A stretch of DNA of 64,000 nt, taken from Candidatus Portnoybacteria bacterium RIFCSPLOWO2_01_FULL_43_11. Its GTDB lineage: Bacteria; Patescibacteriota; Minisyncoccia; Portnoybacterales; UBA2143. The stretch is taken from NCBI GenBank assembly GCA_001819605.1, contig MHNE01000017.1, positions 10 to 64,009 on the forward strand, in the 5' to 3' direction. A program made the translations under genes and the position numbers. Below are positions 18,292-28,845 of this stretch, in pieces (the stretch's first letter is position 1; every line of letters begins with the position of its first letter). The notes beneath the pieces were generated by a model. That model searched no databases, was not told where the DNA came from, and saw nothing but the letters and a program-made list of their open reading frames with translations.

Positions 18292-19734
18292 TTAAAGATA
18301 ACCCAATTTTCCGGCGATTTTTTTAACTAAAATAAGTTCTATCGGGAAATGATAAAACTCGTAATCCCACCTGAATTTTTCCATCAGATGAAAAGTTTTA
18401 GCCAGGGATTTTAAAAAGGGATTTTTAAACAAACCGGAAAAACGGTCGTACTCGGTGGCAAAACGGGTTAAGAGCGGAAAATAAGGAGAAAATTTATGTT
18501 TGGTCCAGGGAGTTTTTACATCTTCCGGACGATAATCTCCCCACTCCATTAAACTTTTTGGCAAAACAAAGCCGGCTTGCTTGGCTTTTTGATAAAGCGG
18601 GGTGCCGGGAAAAGGAGAAAAAACCTTGATGGCCGTATTGGCTAAAGGATTAATTTGTTTGACTTTTTTCATCATTTTAATGGTTAAAGAAATATCTTCT
18701 TCGGTTTCTTCGGGAAAACCGATCATAAAAGCGTACCAAACATTAAAACCAAACTTGGCCGTCAATTCGGCGCTTTTAATAATCTCTTCAACGGTAATGC
18801 CTTTTTGAATTGTTTTTAAAACTTTTGGCGAGCCGGATTCGGCCCCTAAAAAAAGAGCGCTTAAACCGGAAGATTTTAAAAGAGTTAGAAAATCATTATC
18901 CATCCGGGCCAAAAAATCAATGCGGCAATCCGCCTCCCATTTAATATTTAAATTACGGTCAATAAGAAGACGGCAAAATTCTTCTACCCGCTTAAAATCA
19001 ACAAAAAAATTATCGTCCCAGAAGACAACGCCGTTTATTTGATGCTTTTCTTTAAGGGGAATAATCATTTCTAAAATTCTTTTGGCTGACATTTTCCGCC
19101 AGCGATTTTTATTAAATTCAAAATTATAGCAGAATTCACAGCGAAAAGGACAGCCGCGGCTGGTCTGAAGAGCCACATTCTTTGAACTTAAATTTGAAAA
19201 ATAATAATTATTAATGTCAATGAAATGCCAGGCCGGATTCGGCAGATTGTCCATTTCTAAAAACCCGCGCGGCGGATTGTGAACAATCCGGCCGTCTTTT
19301 TTAAAAGAAATGCCCAAAACATCGCTAAGATTTTTTTCACCCATTAATGCTCTCGCTAAATCCAATAAAGTTTCTTCACCTTCTCCCCTGACTACGATAT
19401 CAACGCCGTCTTCTTTTAAAGTTTCTTCAGGCACTAAAGAAGGATGGACTCCGCCCCAAATAACCGGCAAATGAAGGAAATCTTTCTTAATTAACTTGGT
19501 TATCTCAAGTCCGTTTTTTATCTGGTTGCCGGTAATGGCGGAAACGCCCACGCATAAGGCTTCCCCCGCGGCTTTAAGCAATTTCTCCGGCCAGTTTGCT
19601 TCCTGGTTAAGGTCAAAAACGGACACCTCGAGGCCGGCTCTTTCTAAATAAGCGGCCAAACATAATATCGGCAGGGGCGGCCGGCCGGTAAAAGACAAAC
19701 CAAGCTTTGGATAAACTAAAACAATTTTTTTCAT
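18292..19734 (-). CDS. B12-binding-domain radical SAM protein
   Basis: WGGVHPSLVP, GEGEETLLDL, TSRGCPFRCEFCYN. Confidence 0.85.
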   Translation of the reverse strand: MKKIVLVYPKLGLSFTGRPPLPILCLAAYLERAGLEVSVFDLNQEANWPEKLLKAAGEALCVGVSAITGNQIKNGLEITKLIKKDFLHLPVIWGGVHPSLVPEETLKEDGVDIVVRGEGEETLLDLARALMGEKNLSDVLGISFKKDGRIVHNPPRGFLEMDNLPNPAWHFIDINNYYFSNLSSKNVALQTSRGCPFRCEFCYNFEFNKNRWRKMSAKRILEMIIPLKEKHQINGVVFWDDNFFVDFKRVEEFCRLLIDRNLNIKWEADCRIDFLARMDNDFLTLLKSSGLSALFLGAESGSPKVLKTIQKGITVEEIIKSAELTAKFGFNVWYAFMIGFPEETEEDISLTIKMMKKVKQINPLANTAIKVFSPFPGTPLYQKAKQAGFVLPKSLMEWGDYRPEDVKTPWTKHKFSPYFPLLTRFATEYDRFSGLFKNPFLKSLAKTFHLMEKFRWDYEFYHFPIELILVKKIAGKLGYL

Positions 19735-19741
19735 AATACAA

Positions 19742-21265
19742 TCAATTTAATATTCTTTTTAAATAATGGATAACCCTATCGGGTTTTTTAAAAATAAGTT
19801 TTAAAATTTTAAAATATTCTTTCGGATTTGATAATTTTCTTATTAAATCCAGCCTGCTTATTTTAGCTTCCAACTCGCGGGCAAATTTTTTTAAGTCTTC
19901 CGGCGTAAAATCAGAAGTCTCAATAAGACCAAAACCCCTGGCCTGGGTAGCTAAAGCCAAATCTTTGGAAGTTATATTTTTAACTAAAAAATTTTCTTTT
20001 TGAGAAATCTCATACAGTCTTGTGCCGAACAAAGGAGTGGCAATCATTAAATTTGGTCTGACCCGATATTCCTTGTATAAAGCAAAAGCGAAATCAATAG
20101 TCTTTTGAATATCTTTTTTGGTCTCGCCGGGAAAACCGATGACAAAAAAAGAACGGAGTTTTATCTTGATTTTTCTGCATAATTGGGCTATTTTAAAAAC
20201 ATTTTCCAACCGCAAATTCTTGTTAATAATTTTATCTAAAACTTCCTGACTGCCCGATTCTGTCCCGATTATTAGTTCCTGACAGCCGCTTTTTTTCATT
20301 TTCTTTAAAAGTTTCTCGTTTAAAGTATCTACTCGAACGCCGTTAGGCGTATCCCAGCTGAATTTTATCTTTTTAGTCAAAACTTCATCTAAAATCCGTT
20401 CGCAACGTCTCGGATTAAATGTAAAATTATCGTCTTCAAAAGAAATGTGTTTAACTTTATAATCGCTAATAACTCTTTCAATATGGTTTACCACATATTC
20501 AACAGAATGAAAACGCCAGATTCTCCCCATATGAAGATGAATTGAGCAAAAAACGCAGTTATAAGGACAGCCGCGGCTCGTAATCATTGAAATAGAACGA
20601 TTATATTTGGTCGGCCGGGCTGATAAGTCGTAAGACAAAAAAAAATATCGCTCCATATCCATCAGATGATAAGCCGGCAAGGGCAGTTCGTCTATTTTTT
20701 TAATAACTGTCCAAGGATTGGTAAAAATCTTTTCCTCCCTTTCTTGATTATCTGAAAAACGATAAACTACATTACTTATTGCTTTTAAAGACCTTTTGTC
20801 TTTAATCGCTTTAGCCAATTCAAGCATCGCTAATTCTCCTTCGCCTACCACCGCCGCGTCAATGTTTTTATTCTCTTTTAAAAAATCTGCTCCTTTTACC
20901 GAGGCGTGAGGACCGCCAATAACGACAAAAATATTGGGATTAATTTGTTTAACTAAATCAGCCGCCCGAACAGCGTTATGGATTTGAGCGCTGAACGGGC
21001 CGCCGATACCGACAAGAGCCGGCTCCTCCCGGCTGACAACATCTTTAAAATAATCTTCTGAAACGCCATGATAAAGAAAATTATCTTTTTCAATAATTTC
21101 CGTTTTTTCAGAAATTAAACTGTCAAATATCTTAACGGCGCAGCCGTTTTCCTCTAAAACAGCCGCGATATACATTAAACCCAAAGGCAAACCCAGCCGC
21201 ACCCCTTTCGACCCCTGAAAATATGTTCTTGGAGGGTTAATCAATAAGATTTTCATAAATGTCAA
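19742..21265 (-). CDS. B12-binding-domain radical SAM protein
   Basis: IGGPHASVKG, GEGELAMLEL, TSRGCPYNCVFCSI. The likely true start is MKILLINPP at 21256. Confidence 0.85.
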   Translation of the reverse strand: MTFMKILLINPPRTYFQGSKGVRLGLPLGLMYIAAVLEENGCAVKIFDSLISEKTEIIEKDNFLYHGVSEDYFKDVVSREEPALVGIGGPFSAQIHNAVRAADLVKQINPNIFVVIGGPHASVKGADFLKENKNIDAAVVGEGELAMLELAKAIKDKRSLKAISNVVYRFSDNQEREEKIFTNPWTVIKKIDELPLPAYHLMDMERYFFLSYDLSARPTKYNRSISMITSRGCPYNCVFCSIHLHMGRIWRFHSVEYVVNHIERVISDYKVKHISFEDDNFTFNPRRCERILDEVLTKKIKFSWDTPNGVRVDTLNEKLLKKMKKSGCQELIIGTESGSQEVLDKIINKNLRLENVFKIAQLCRKIKIKLRSFFVIGFPGETKKDIQKTIDFAFALYKEYRVRPNLMIATPLFGTRLYEISQKENFLVKNITSKDLALATQARGFGLIETSDFTPEDLKKFARELEAKISRLDLIRKLSNPKEYFKILKLIFKKPDRVIHYLKRILN

Positions 21266-22355
21266 TATATTGCTTAGCCACCTTAACCCAATCCATCTTT
21301 TTTGCCAATTCTTCTCCGTTCCCGCCTAATTTTTCTCTCAGATCTTTATTATCAAGAATCTTTTTCACCGCTTTAGCCGTTTCTTTAATATTGTTCTGCG
21401 GCACCAATAAACCGTTAAAATTTGGTCTTATAATATCCTCGGCCCCGCAGCCAAAAGTGCCGATAACCGGTTTGGCGCAAGCGCCGGCTTCCAAATAAAC
21501 CAAACCGAATCCCTCGAATTTAGTATCTTCAATGCTTATCGGCGTCAGTAAAAAAAGATCTGCCTGACAATAAAGCTTAATTAAATCCTCATCGGAAATA
21601 TTCTCCAAAAATACGACATTATCATCAAGCCGATATTTTTTCACTAATTCTTTCAGGTATTTGAAATAATCCTTATTCTTTTGGTTGCCGACTATGTAAT
21701 ATTTTAAATCGGGATATTGTTTTTTAACTTTAGCCGCGGCCGGAATAGATATGTGATAACCCTTGCGAAACATAAGTGCCCCGACACTAATAATAGTTTT
21801 AGTATTATCTCCGGCTTTACGAAACATTCCAAATGTCTGAAATTTCTTGTAATCAATGCCGTTATTAATAACTAAAGTATTATTGACCTGAATTTGTTTT
21901 AAAAATTGATTTTGAGTAAATTTACTAACGCAGATTATTTTTCTGGCTCTTCTGTAAACCCTAGAATACACTTTCCTTAGAAGTCGTTTTTTAAAAGGAA
22001 AAACAGCGTAAGTGCCGTGAAGAGTAATGATTAACGGCTTACGGCGATTGATCAGATAAACAATCGGCCCATAGGGCTCAATCAAACTATGCACAATGTC
22101 CGATTCTTTTATTAATTTACGAATTTTTCCATAATTCCTGATTAAAGAAAGAATTTTTATCGCTCGCGAACCGAATAAGGGAGGCAATACCTTATAAACG
22201 TCTATTTGAGGCAGAGCGTTTTCTTCGGTTTTTTCAGAAACTAAAACACGGCAATTAATTTCCCTTTTTCTCATAAGCTGATTAAGAAGCCCCGTTGAAT
22301 AATTCCCCCAGCCGTGCTTGGAGGATAATTCATTGGTTAAAAAACAAATTCTCAT
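21237..22355 (-). CDS. Family 4 (GT-B) glycosyltransferase
   Basis: C-terminal EGFGLVYLEAGACAKPVIGT (EX7E-type motif). N-terminal MRICFLTNE...GWGNY. Confidence 0.85.
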   Translation of the reverse strand: MRICFLTNELSSKHGWGNYSTGLLNQLMRKREINCRVLVSEKTEENALPQIDVYKVLPPLFGSRAIKILSLIRNYGKIRKLIKESDIVHSLIEPYGPIVYLINRRKPLIITLHGTYAVFPFKKRLLRKVYSRVYRRARKIICVSKFTQNQFLKQIQVNNTLVINNGIDYKKFQTFGMFRKAGDNTKTIISVGALMFRKGYHISIPAAAKVKKQYPDLKYYIVGNQKNKDYFKYLKELVKKYRLDDNVVFLENISDEDLIKLYCQADLFLLTPISIEDTKFEGFGLVYLEAGACAKPVIGTFGCGAEDIIRPNFNGLLVPQNNIKETAKAVKKILDNKDLREKLGGNGEELAKKMDWVKVAKQYIDIYENLID

Positions 22356-22377
22356 ATAAATGAGTTTAAAAAATAAA

Positions 22378-23319
22378 TTAAACTTTTTTAAAAAAATTCC
22401 AAACAGCTCCCATTAGGCCGGGTACAACGGAAAGCAGGAAAAAATTCAAAACGGAAAAAGCCAGAATTTCTTCAAGAGAAACGCTAAACGGGCTTAATAA
22501 AACAATTAAAACCGCTTCTCTTGTGCCCCAGCCGCTTATACTAATAGGCAAAACAGAGACAACGCTGGCTATAATCAAAGCGGCCGCAAAATAAAACCAA
22601 TTAATATTAACATTGATTGATTGAATAATAAAGTAGCTCGTGGTAATTAAAATAATCCAAGTCAATAAACTTAATAAAGACGCTAAAAAAATAATTGGAT
22701 GGCTTGGAAAATCTCTATAAAAAGAATAATAAATTGATTTTAGGAATTCTTTGTATTTATGAGGAACCAATTTATAATAAACGAATCTCAGCCATTTTTT
22801 ATTTAATTTCTGATTAATAACGAAAAAAACAACGACTAATAAAAGAAACAAATACCCAATGTCTAAGTAAACGAATTTTAACGGGAGATATTGAATAAAA
22901 AATAAAATACCTAAAAACGATAAAATTAAAAGAATTAAAAAATCAATTAATTTGTCCAGAAAAACGCTGGCGCTGCATTGACCGTAAGATTTCTGAGTAT
23001 ATTTTTTCAAATAATTAATGCGGATTAAATTACCCAGGCGGCCGGGCGTAATCATGCCGTAAAACTGGCCGATTAAATTAAATTTGATTAATTTAATGAA
23101 AGGCGCTTCTATTTTCTGTTTTTTTAAAAGAACCGACCATTTAAAAGCGCTCAAAACAATACCGGCGGGAATAAAAATCAAAAGAGGCAAAAGAAATCGA
23201 TAACGGACTGATTCTAAATTCAAAATAATTTTTGAAATATCCGCCTTTTTAAGCAAAAATAAAAGAATTATAAAGCCAACGAGAACCGGACTTTTTTTAA
23301 AAAAAATTTTAAAACTCAT
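22378..23319 (-). CDS. Polytopic membrane protein, flippase-like (LPG_synthase_TM / UPF0104-like), paralog of 2415..3374
   Basis: FKWSVLL...ITPGRLGNLIRINYLKK motif and about 8 TM helices. Confidence 0.6.
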   Translation of the reverse strand: MSFKIFFKKSPVLVGFIILLFLLKKADISKIILNLESVRYRFLLPLLIFIPAGIVLSAFKWSVLLKKQKIEAPFIKLIKFNLIGQFYGMITPGRLGNLIRINYLKKYTQKSYGQCSASVFLDKLIDFLILLILSFLGILFFIQYLPLKFVYLDIGYLFLLLVVVFFVINQKLNKKWLRFVYYKLVPHKYKEFLKSIYYSFYRDFPSHPIIFLASLLSLLTWIILITTSYFIIQSINVNINWFYFAAALIIASVVSVLPISISGWGTREAVLIVLLSPFSVSLEEILAFSVLNFFLLSVVPGLMGAVWNFFKKV

Positions 23320-23328
23320 AAATTAGGA

Positions 23329-24729
23329 TCATCTAAGCCTTAAAAGCGCTTTAAAGGCAAGAAGATAAGATTTTATTTTATAAAAAGAGAGACCGGAAAC
23401 GGCTAATTCCCAAATTTTTTCCGGTCTTAAATAAAATTTTCGATAGGCCTGAATGGGAAATTTTTTTAATTCGTCGGTGGTCATTTCTCCTAAATCAACG
23501 GTTGGGATATGCATGCCTAATTTTTGCGCGTATTTCTTCCACTCGTTTTCAGAAATCTGGTTTTCTTTTAAAAGCCGGTTATAGAGCTCTGTGCCGGGCC
23601 AAGGAGTAATCATATTAAAATGAGCGAAAGTGGTATTTAATTTTTTGGCAAAAGCAATGGTCTGACTTATTGATTCTTTTGTCTCGCCGGGAATGCCCAA
23701 AACATAGGAAGCGCTTGTTTTTATGCCGGTCTTTTTTGTCATAGTAATTGCTTTTTCAATTTGTTCCAAAGTAATGCCTTTTTTCATAATATTAAGCATT
23801 CTTTGAGAGCCGGATTCTACCCCATAAGAAATAAGCTCACAGCCGGCGCTTTTCATTTTTTCTAACAAACTTGGACTAACGGCGTTCACCCGACTATAAC
23901 AAGTCCATTTCAGATCAAAATTATTTTTAATGATTAAATCGCATATTTTTATCAGTCGCTCCTTATCAAAAGTCAGAGTATCATCGTAGAATAAAATGCT
24001 TTTAACTTTATATTTTCTAACTAATTCTTTAATTTCTCCGATTACATTCTCCGGGCTTCTTAAACGGCAAACCCCCTTAGCATAAGCGCAAAATGTACAA
24101 TAAAAAGGGCAGCCGCGCGAAGTAATCATTGCAGCAAACGGCTTTGAATAATAGGCCTTGGTCGGCGGCCGGTAGCGAGAAAAATTAATAAGTTCCCGAC
24201 TTGGAAACGGAATTGAATCCAATTCTTTTATTAAATCTCTTTTGGGATTAATAGTTATTTTATCCGACTCTCTATAAGCTATGCCTTTAATTTTTTTAAG
24301 ATCCGGTGTTCCTTTTTCCAGCTCTTTTACTAATTCCAGCAAAGTTTCTTCGCCTTCGCCGATAACCATAATGTCAAAACAGGAAAAAGTTTCCAATGTT
24401 TCTTTCGGCAAAGAAGTAGCTTGATGTCCGCCTAAAATTATTTTAATTTCTTCGTTGATTTCTTTGGCAATTTTTGCCACTTGAGCCGCTTTAAGCGCGA
24501 GTGGCACATTGGCATGAATACCAATTATTCGAGGATTTTTCTCTTTGATAATTTGAGCTAATTTATCCAAAGAAATGTTATCGGCCGTTAAATCAAGAAT
24601 AGAAACTGGGACCTCGTGCTTTTTTAAATAACCGGCCAAGTAGGTCAGACATAAGGGCTCTAAGATGCCCTCGGCAGGAGTGACTAAATCTCCATAAGAG
24701 GGATAAATTAAAATCACTTCTTTAGTCAT
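23329..24729 (-). CDS. B12-binding-domain radical SAM protein
   Basis: LGGHQATSLP, GEGEETLLELV, TSRGCPFYCTFCAY, and the C-terminal YRKFYLRPEKI tail. Confidence 0.85.
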   Translation of the reverse strand: MTKEVILIYPSYGDLVTPAEGILEPLCLTYLAGYLKKHEVPVSILDLTADNISLDKLAQIIKEKNPRIIGIHANVPLALKAAQVAKIAKEINEEIKIILGGHQATSLPKETLETFSCFDIMVIGEGEETLLELVKELEKGTPDLKKIKGIAYRESDKITINPKRDLIKELDSIPFPSRELINFSRYRPPTKAYYSKPFAAMITSRGCPFYCTFCAYAKGVCRLRSPENVIGEIKELVRKYKVKSILFYDDTLTFDKERLIKICDLIIKNNFDLKWTCYSRVNAVSPSLLEKMKSAGCELISYGVESGSQRMLNIMKKGITLEQIEKAITMTKKTGIKTSASYVLGIPGETKESISQTIAFAKKLNTTFAHFNMITPWPGTELYNRLLKENQISENEWKKYAQKLGMHIPTVDLGEMTTDELKKFPIQAYRKFYLRPEKIWELAVSGLSFYKIKSYLLAFKALLRLR

Positions 24730-25252
24730 TTTTTTTAACTTTTATTTCAAAATATAACGTTTGGCAGGGAAACAAGTATCTTAAACAGGTATTTTCGTAA
24801 AACTTCGGCCAGAGATTAGCCGCCGAGATAATTAAAAAATTCCAAAACAATAATTTAATAAAAATATGCCTTCTTTTTACGACTTCCAAATCTTTGTATA
24901 TTTCCTTTTCCGGAGTGCTTAAATTATAATGAAAACTCCGCCAATGAAACATAGTCCGATGAAATTCGCCGTAAAAAGAAGGATTAGTGTCGTGAGGTAC
25001 GGTAATGAACCACTGGCCGCTATTTTTGGTAATTCTTATAAGCTCTTTTATGACATTTTTAAATTCCTCCCTTGTTTCTCCTAAATGCTCCAAAACGCCG
25101 TAAGCGTGTATTTCGTCAAATTCATTGTCGCTAAAAGGATAAGGGAATTTGGAAAAATCAACTTTTAAAACATCGGGGTGAGTTTTCATAAAATCCGCGT
25201 TAATAAAACCCGGCCTAATGTCATAGCCGCAGCCCAAATTTAATTTTTTCAT
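24722..25252 (-). CDS. Small class I SAM-dependent methyltransferase
   Basis: N-terminal MKKLNLGCGYDIRPGFINAD (motif I GxGxG-like), then VLEHL. Confidence 0.65.
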   Translation of the reverse strand: MKKLNLGCGYDIRPGFINADFMKTHPDVLKVDFSKFPYPFSDNEFDEIHAYGVLEHLGETREEFKNVIKELIRITKNSGQWFITVPHDTNPSFYGEFHRTMFHWRSFHYNLSTPEKEIYKDLEVVKRRHIFIKLLFWNFLIISAANLWPKFYENTCLRYLFPCQTLYFEIKVKKND

Positions 25253-25254
25253 AA

Positions 25255-26451
25255 TTAATCCAACAAATTCCGGCCTTGGCCGATTTTTCCCAAACCGAAA
25301 AAATCAGCGATAGTCGGAATAATGTCAATAAAATTAATTGTCTCTACTTGTTTATTAATTTTTAAATTAGTCAAAAATATCCCTTTATAGGCATTAGGCG
25401 AATAACCATGCATTGCTTTAGCCGTATTTTTAGCCCGATAATAATCGGGTTTAATTATCTTGCCGGGTTCTAAAAGAAAATGTAAATCGCCGAATTGTCT
25501 GTCCTTAAAATCAATGCCGAATTCTCTTTTTTCGTTTTTTTCTAAAATATGACCGCCTTTGATTTCTTTGAGGGCGCTGATTATTTTTTCCTCCGCTTTT
25601 TGATTAAAAAACCAGAAGACGGCGATAACCGACTCAAGAAAAACCAAATAATCTCTGCCCAAAACAAATCCCAAAGAATCTATCTCCGAAATAATATCTA
25701 TTGTTTCTTTTACTTCAACCACGCCGTGGTCGGAAATAATTACAAAAGGACGATTGCTCTTTTTAAAATATCCCTCCAAAAGCCGGTCTATTTCTTTAAG
25801 TTTATTTTTTGTTTCCAAAGAATCAACGCCGGATCCGTGAGTCAGGCCGTCAAGTTCCATAAGATAAATAAACTTAAAATCAGAGTTATCTTTTAGGGCG
25901 TTCTTGATCGTCCGTTTGTCGGACCTTGAGATTAAGTGAATCAAGTTAGCTAAAAATTTTTTATTGCTGTCTTTGTTGGCGTATTTAAGACCACCCTTGA
26001 AATAGGAAAAACTAATTTGATGCTCTCTTAACAAATTAAAAAAATTAGGCTTAACCGAGCTATTTAAAGCGGTGATTGGTTCGCGTAAAACAATATCAAA
26101 TTTATTCATTATCTTTATGGGAATTTGAACCGGCATCATATCACTTACTCCGGCCGCCAAATACGAAATCAAATCAATAAAATATTTAATAAACTTATAA
26201 TCAAAAATTTTAAAAAAAGAAAAAGGCAAAGTCCACTTAAAAATAGAAGTTTGAGGAGAAAACCTAAAGGTATTCCAAACATTTATATCTTTTGGCCAGG
26301 AACCGGAAAACAAACTGGCCAGATGCCTTTGATAGCCGATAATCGGCGTTAAATCAAAAGAAAAATTATCTTTTTTAAGCCGCGATAAAAAAGGGCAGTA
26401 CTCGTAATATTTCTCATCAAAAGCGTCAATTAAAATTAAATCTAATTTCAT
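25255..26451 (-). CDS. Alkaline-phosphatase-superfamily protein (type I phosphodiesterase/NPP-like fold)
   Basis: Metal-site-like motifs LILIDAFD, ELDGLTHGSG, ISDHGVV and MHGYSPN. By eye, the usual Thr/Ser nucleophile position seems to be substituted (PIIGYQRH). Confidence 0.6.
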   Translation of the reverse strand: MKLDLILIDAFDEKYYEYCPFLSRLKKDNFSFDLTPIIGYQRHLASLFSGSWPKDINVWNTFRFSPQTSIFKWTLPFSFFKIFDYKFIKYFIDLISYLAAGVSDMMPVQIPIKIMNKFDIVLREPITALNSSVKPNFFNLLREHQISFSYFKGGLKYANKDSNKKFLANLIHLISRSDKRTIKNALKDNSDFKFIYLMELDGLTHGSGVDSLETKNKLKEIDRLLEGYFKKSNRPFVIISDHGVVEVKETIDIISEIDSLGFVLGRDYLVFLESVIAVFWFFNQKAEEKIISALKEIKGGHILEKNEKREFGIDFKDRQFGDLHFLLEPGKIIKPDYYRAKNTAKAMHGYSPNAYKGIFLTNLKINKQVETINFIDIIPTIADFFGLGKIGQGRNLLD

Positions 26452-27737
26452 AATAATTTCTGGAAATAATATAAACGCCAGATATCAGAAAATATCTTCC
26501 GTAAATTCTCGTAGCCGTCTAAATCATAAGGGGGAGTTTTAAACGGATAAATTGATTTTAAAATTTTTATACCCTGAACCATCATTTCTTTGTTTAAACC
26601 GCCGTCATTTCTTACGGCCTGACACAGAAACAACGAAGCGTAAAAAATTAAAATTCCCGGGTCAATAAAGCCGAAAAGGAGCGGCCAGTGGATATTTTTT
26701 TTAAATTTTATCAGCCGAAAAAACCAAAGTAAATTTAAATATTTGTGAAGCAAAAGATTGGCCAAAAGTGATAAAAACTCTAAGGTCCCGAAACGATTAA
26801 AAAGAAATACGCTCAGATATGGTTTAAAATAATTTTTAGCGGCGATTCTTTTAAAGTCGCGCCAGTTCCCGGCTCCGTATTTTTCTTTTAAAACGAATTC
26901 CAAAACTCCAATAGCGCAATCTCTAGTTTCAAACCAAATTTTTTTAATGTCTTTGATTTCTTTAAAATTCGGCTGTAATTTTTGGCCGGTAAAATATTTT
27001 ATTTTATTTAAAAGATCTGGAAATCTCTGCCAAAGCTCCTTAAATTCGCCCTCATGAACCACCAACTGCTCTAATCTTTTTTGGTAAGTCGGCTCATAAT
27101 AGCCCCTTAAAAGAGTTAAAATAGTGGCGCATTCCAAATAAGTTTTAGACATATCATAAATCAATGTTTCTTTTTCCCAGTCTTTAACCGATTCGTTTTT
27201 AAGATAGTTTACGGAAAACCACTCAGTAATATGACAAATCCTATTCAAAAGAAACCTCAAACCGTCAGAAAACGGCAAATCGTTTTTATTAAATTCCGGC
27301 ATTAAATTCCTTAGATCTTCGCCAAAAATAAGCATGGAAGAATGCCTAAACTCGTAATATTTTATAAGCGGCGGCAGTTTTTTTAATTGAGCCAAAGTAA
27401 CCAATCTTAAATCAAAATAAAATTCTTTTTCCGAATAACCGTAGAGCGAGTAGCCGCGGCTGCCCGCTTCTTTCTCTATTTCTTTAGCCGTCTTATTTAA
27501 TCTATCTTCTTCTATCGGCTTTTCGGCAATAAGATATAAATCATAATCGTTAATCGGAATAATTTTCTTTTGTTCTTTTTCTAATCTTACACTCCCTTCG
27601 CCGCGGCCAAAACCGCCGACTAAAAATATTGACAAAACCTGCGGCAAATGAGCTTTTATTTTGTCTGCCGCAATTTTGATGTGCCTTTCAATCTCTTCAT
27701 CAACCCACGGCTCATTATAGGTCGTATATTTACCCAT
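26448..27737 (-). CDS. Pol-beta-like nucleotidyltransferase-fold protein with a long helical C-terminal region
   Basis: VGGFGRGEGSV ... INDYDLYLI (G[GS]x(R)GE ... DxD pattern). The C-terminal part is hydrophobic and helical. Confidence 0.45.
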   Translation of the reverse strand: MGKYTTYNEPWVDEEIERHIKIAADKIKAHLPQVLSIFLVGGFGRGEGSVRLEKEQKKIIPINDYDLYLIAEKPIEEDRLNKTAKEIEKEAGSRGYSLYGYSEKEFYFDLRLVTLAQLKKLPPLIKYYEFRHSSMLIFGEDLRNLMPEFNKNDLPFSDGLRFLLNRICHITEWFSVNYLKNESVKDWEKETLIYDMSKTYLECATILTLLRGYYEPTYQKRLEQLVVHEGEFKELWQRFPDLLNKIKYFTGQKLQPNFKEIKDIKKIWFETRDCAIGVLEFVLKEKYGAGNWRDFKRIAAKNYFKPYLSVFLFNRFGTLEFLSLLANLLLHKYLNLLWFFRLIKFKKNIHWPLLFGFIDPGILIFYASLFLCQAVRNDGGLNKEMMVQGIKILKSIYPFKTPPYDLDGYENLRKIFSDIWRLYYFQKLL

Positions 27738-28845
27738 TATTTTGGCCGGGCCTTGAAATACCCTTAATTATTATTGCCTCGTAGGGACAAACCTCAAAAC
27801 ATTTTAAACAGCGGATATAAGCGCATTTTTTAAAATCAAGGCCGGTCTCTTTCTTAATGGCCCCAACCGGACATATGTCCAAACAATCTCGGCAGGCGGG
27901 AAAAGAATGACATTTTTTAATGTCTAATTTCGGTCTCATGCCAAAACGTCTGTGCCACCAAGCGATTGATGTTTTTTTTGTAATTTTTTCCTGAAGATAA
28001 TCAAAAAAATAAACCAGCCAATAAAGTAAATTATAAAATCTGTTTTTAGGCAGAACAACTGAAAGATCTTCGGTTTTTGTCTGTCTTTTTTGGTCTTCCG
28101 GAATAAGACCTCGCTTTTTGGCTATTTTTAAATGACCGATTTCTAAGGGATTGATATTTAAAAATTGAGCGGCAGAAAAATCAACGGCAAAAACATTAAG
28201 GCCGGCTAATAAATAGCCCAGTTTAATTCTGTCGCCAAAGGCCGGACCCTTGCCGTGCATGATCACCGAAGCGTCCACAATGGTCAAGTGAGTCGGGATG
28301 ATTAAATTTAATTCAACAATGCTTCTGGCTAATCCGAAAAGATGCATTTTCCTTCTTTCCTTTAAAGGTAGAAGACCTATTAAATTCTTGAGCCCGCAGG
28401 AAAAGCCGGTCAGCATATGGGTTTTTAATTTGGGAACATTGATGATTTTATGAACCTCTTTTAAAATCTCTGGCAATTCTATTTTTTTAAAAATCGGGCT
28501 TGGCGTTTTTTTGAAAAAAGTTTTTGAGCGACGCAAGTCTATAAACTGAATATCGTGTTTTCTAACGAGTTTATCAATGCCTAAAATGGAGAAAACCCGC
28601 GAGTCAAATTCATAACCGACTCCCTCGGCCAAAATCGGAATAGCTTTGTTTTCTTTAATGATTTCAATTAAAGCGGATATTAAATCCAAATCGGTTGTGG
28701 CGCCGGTCGCGGCTTCGCGCGGCAACACTAAATTGGGTTTAATCAAAATCTTCTCGCCGGAAACGATTTTAAAATTTAGAGCTGAAAAAATTTCGCGGAC
28801 ATTTTCTTTATAGTCTTTTATTTTAACAATTTTAACTCCGCTCAT
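27730..28845 (-). CDS. DUF362-domain protein fused to a 2x[4Fe-4S] ferredoxin-like C-terminus
   Basis: DUF362-like ILIKPNLVLP and GLKNLIGLLP. C-terminal Cys clusters CRDCLDICPVGAI and CLKCFEVCPYEAI. Confidence 0.7.
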   Translation of the reverse strand: MSGVKIVKIKDYKENVREIFSALNFKIVSGEKILIKPNLVLPREAATGATTDLDLISALIEIIKENKAIPILAEGVGYEFDSRVFSILGIDKLVRKHDIQFIDLRRSKTFFKKTPSPIFKKIELPEILKEVHKIINVPKLKTHMLTGFSCGLKNLIGLLPLKERRKMHLFGLARSIVELNLIIPTHLTIVDASVIMHGKGPAFGDRIKLGYLLAGLNVFAVDFSAAQFLNINPLEIGHLKIAKKRGLIPEDQKRQTKTEDLSVVLPKNRFYNLLYWLVYFFDYLQEKITKKTSIAWWHRRFGMRPKLDIKKCHSFPACRDCLDICPVGAIKKETGLDFKKCAYIRCLKCFEVCPYEAIIIKGISRPGQNNG

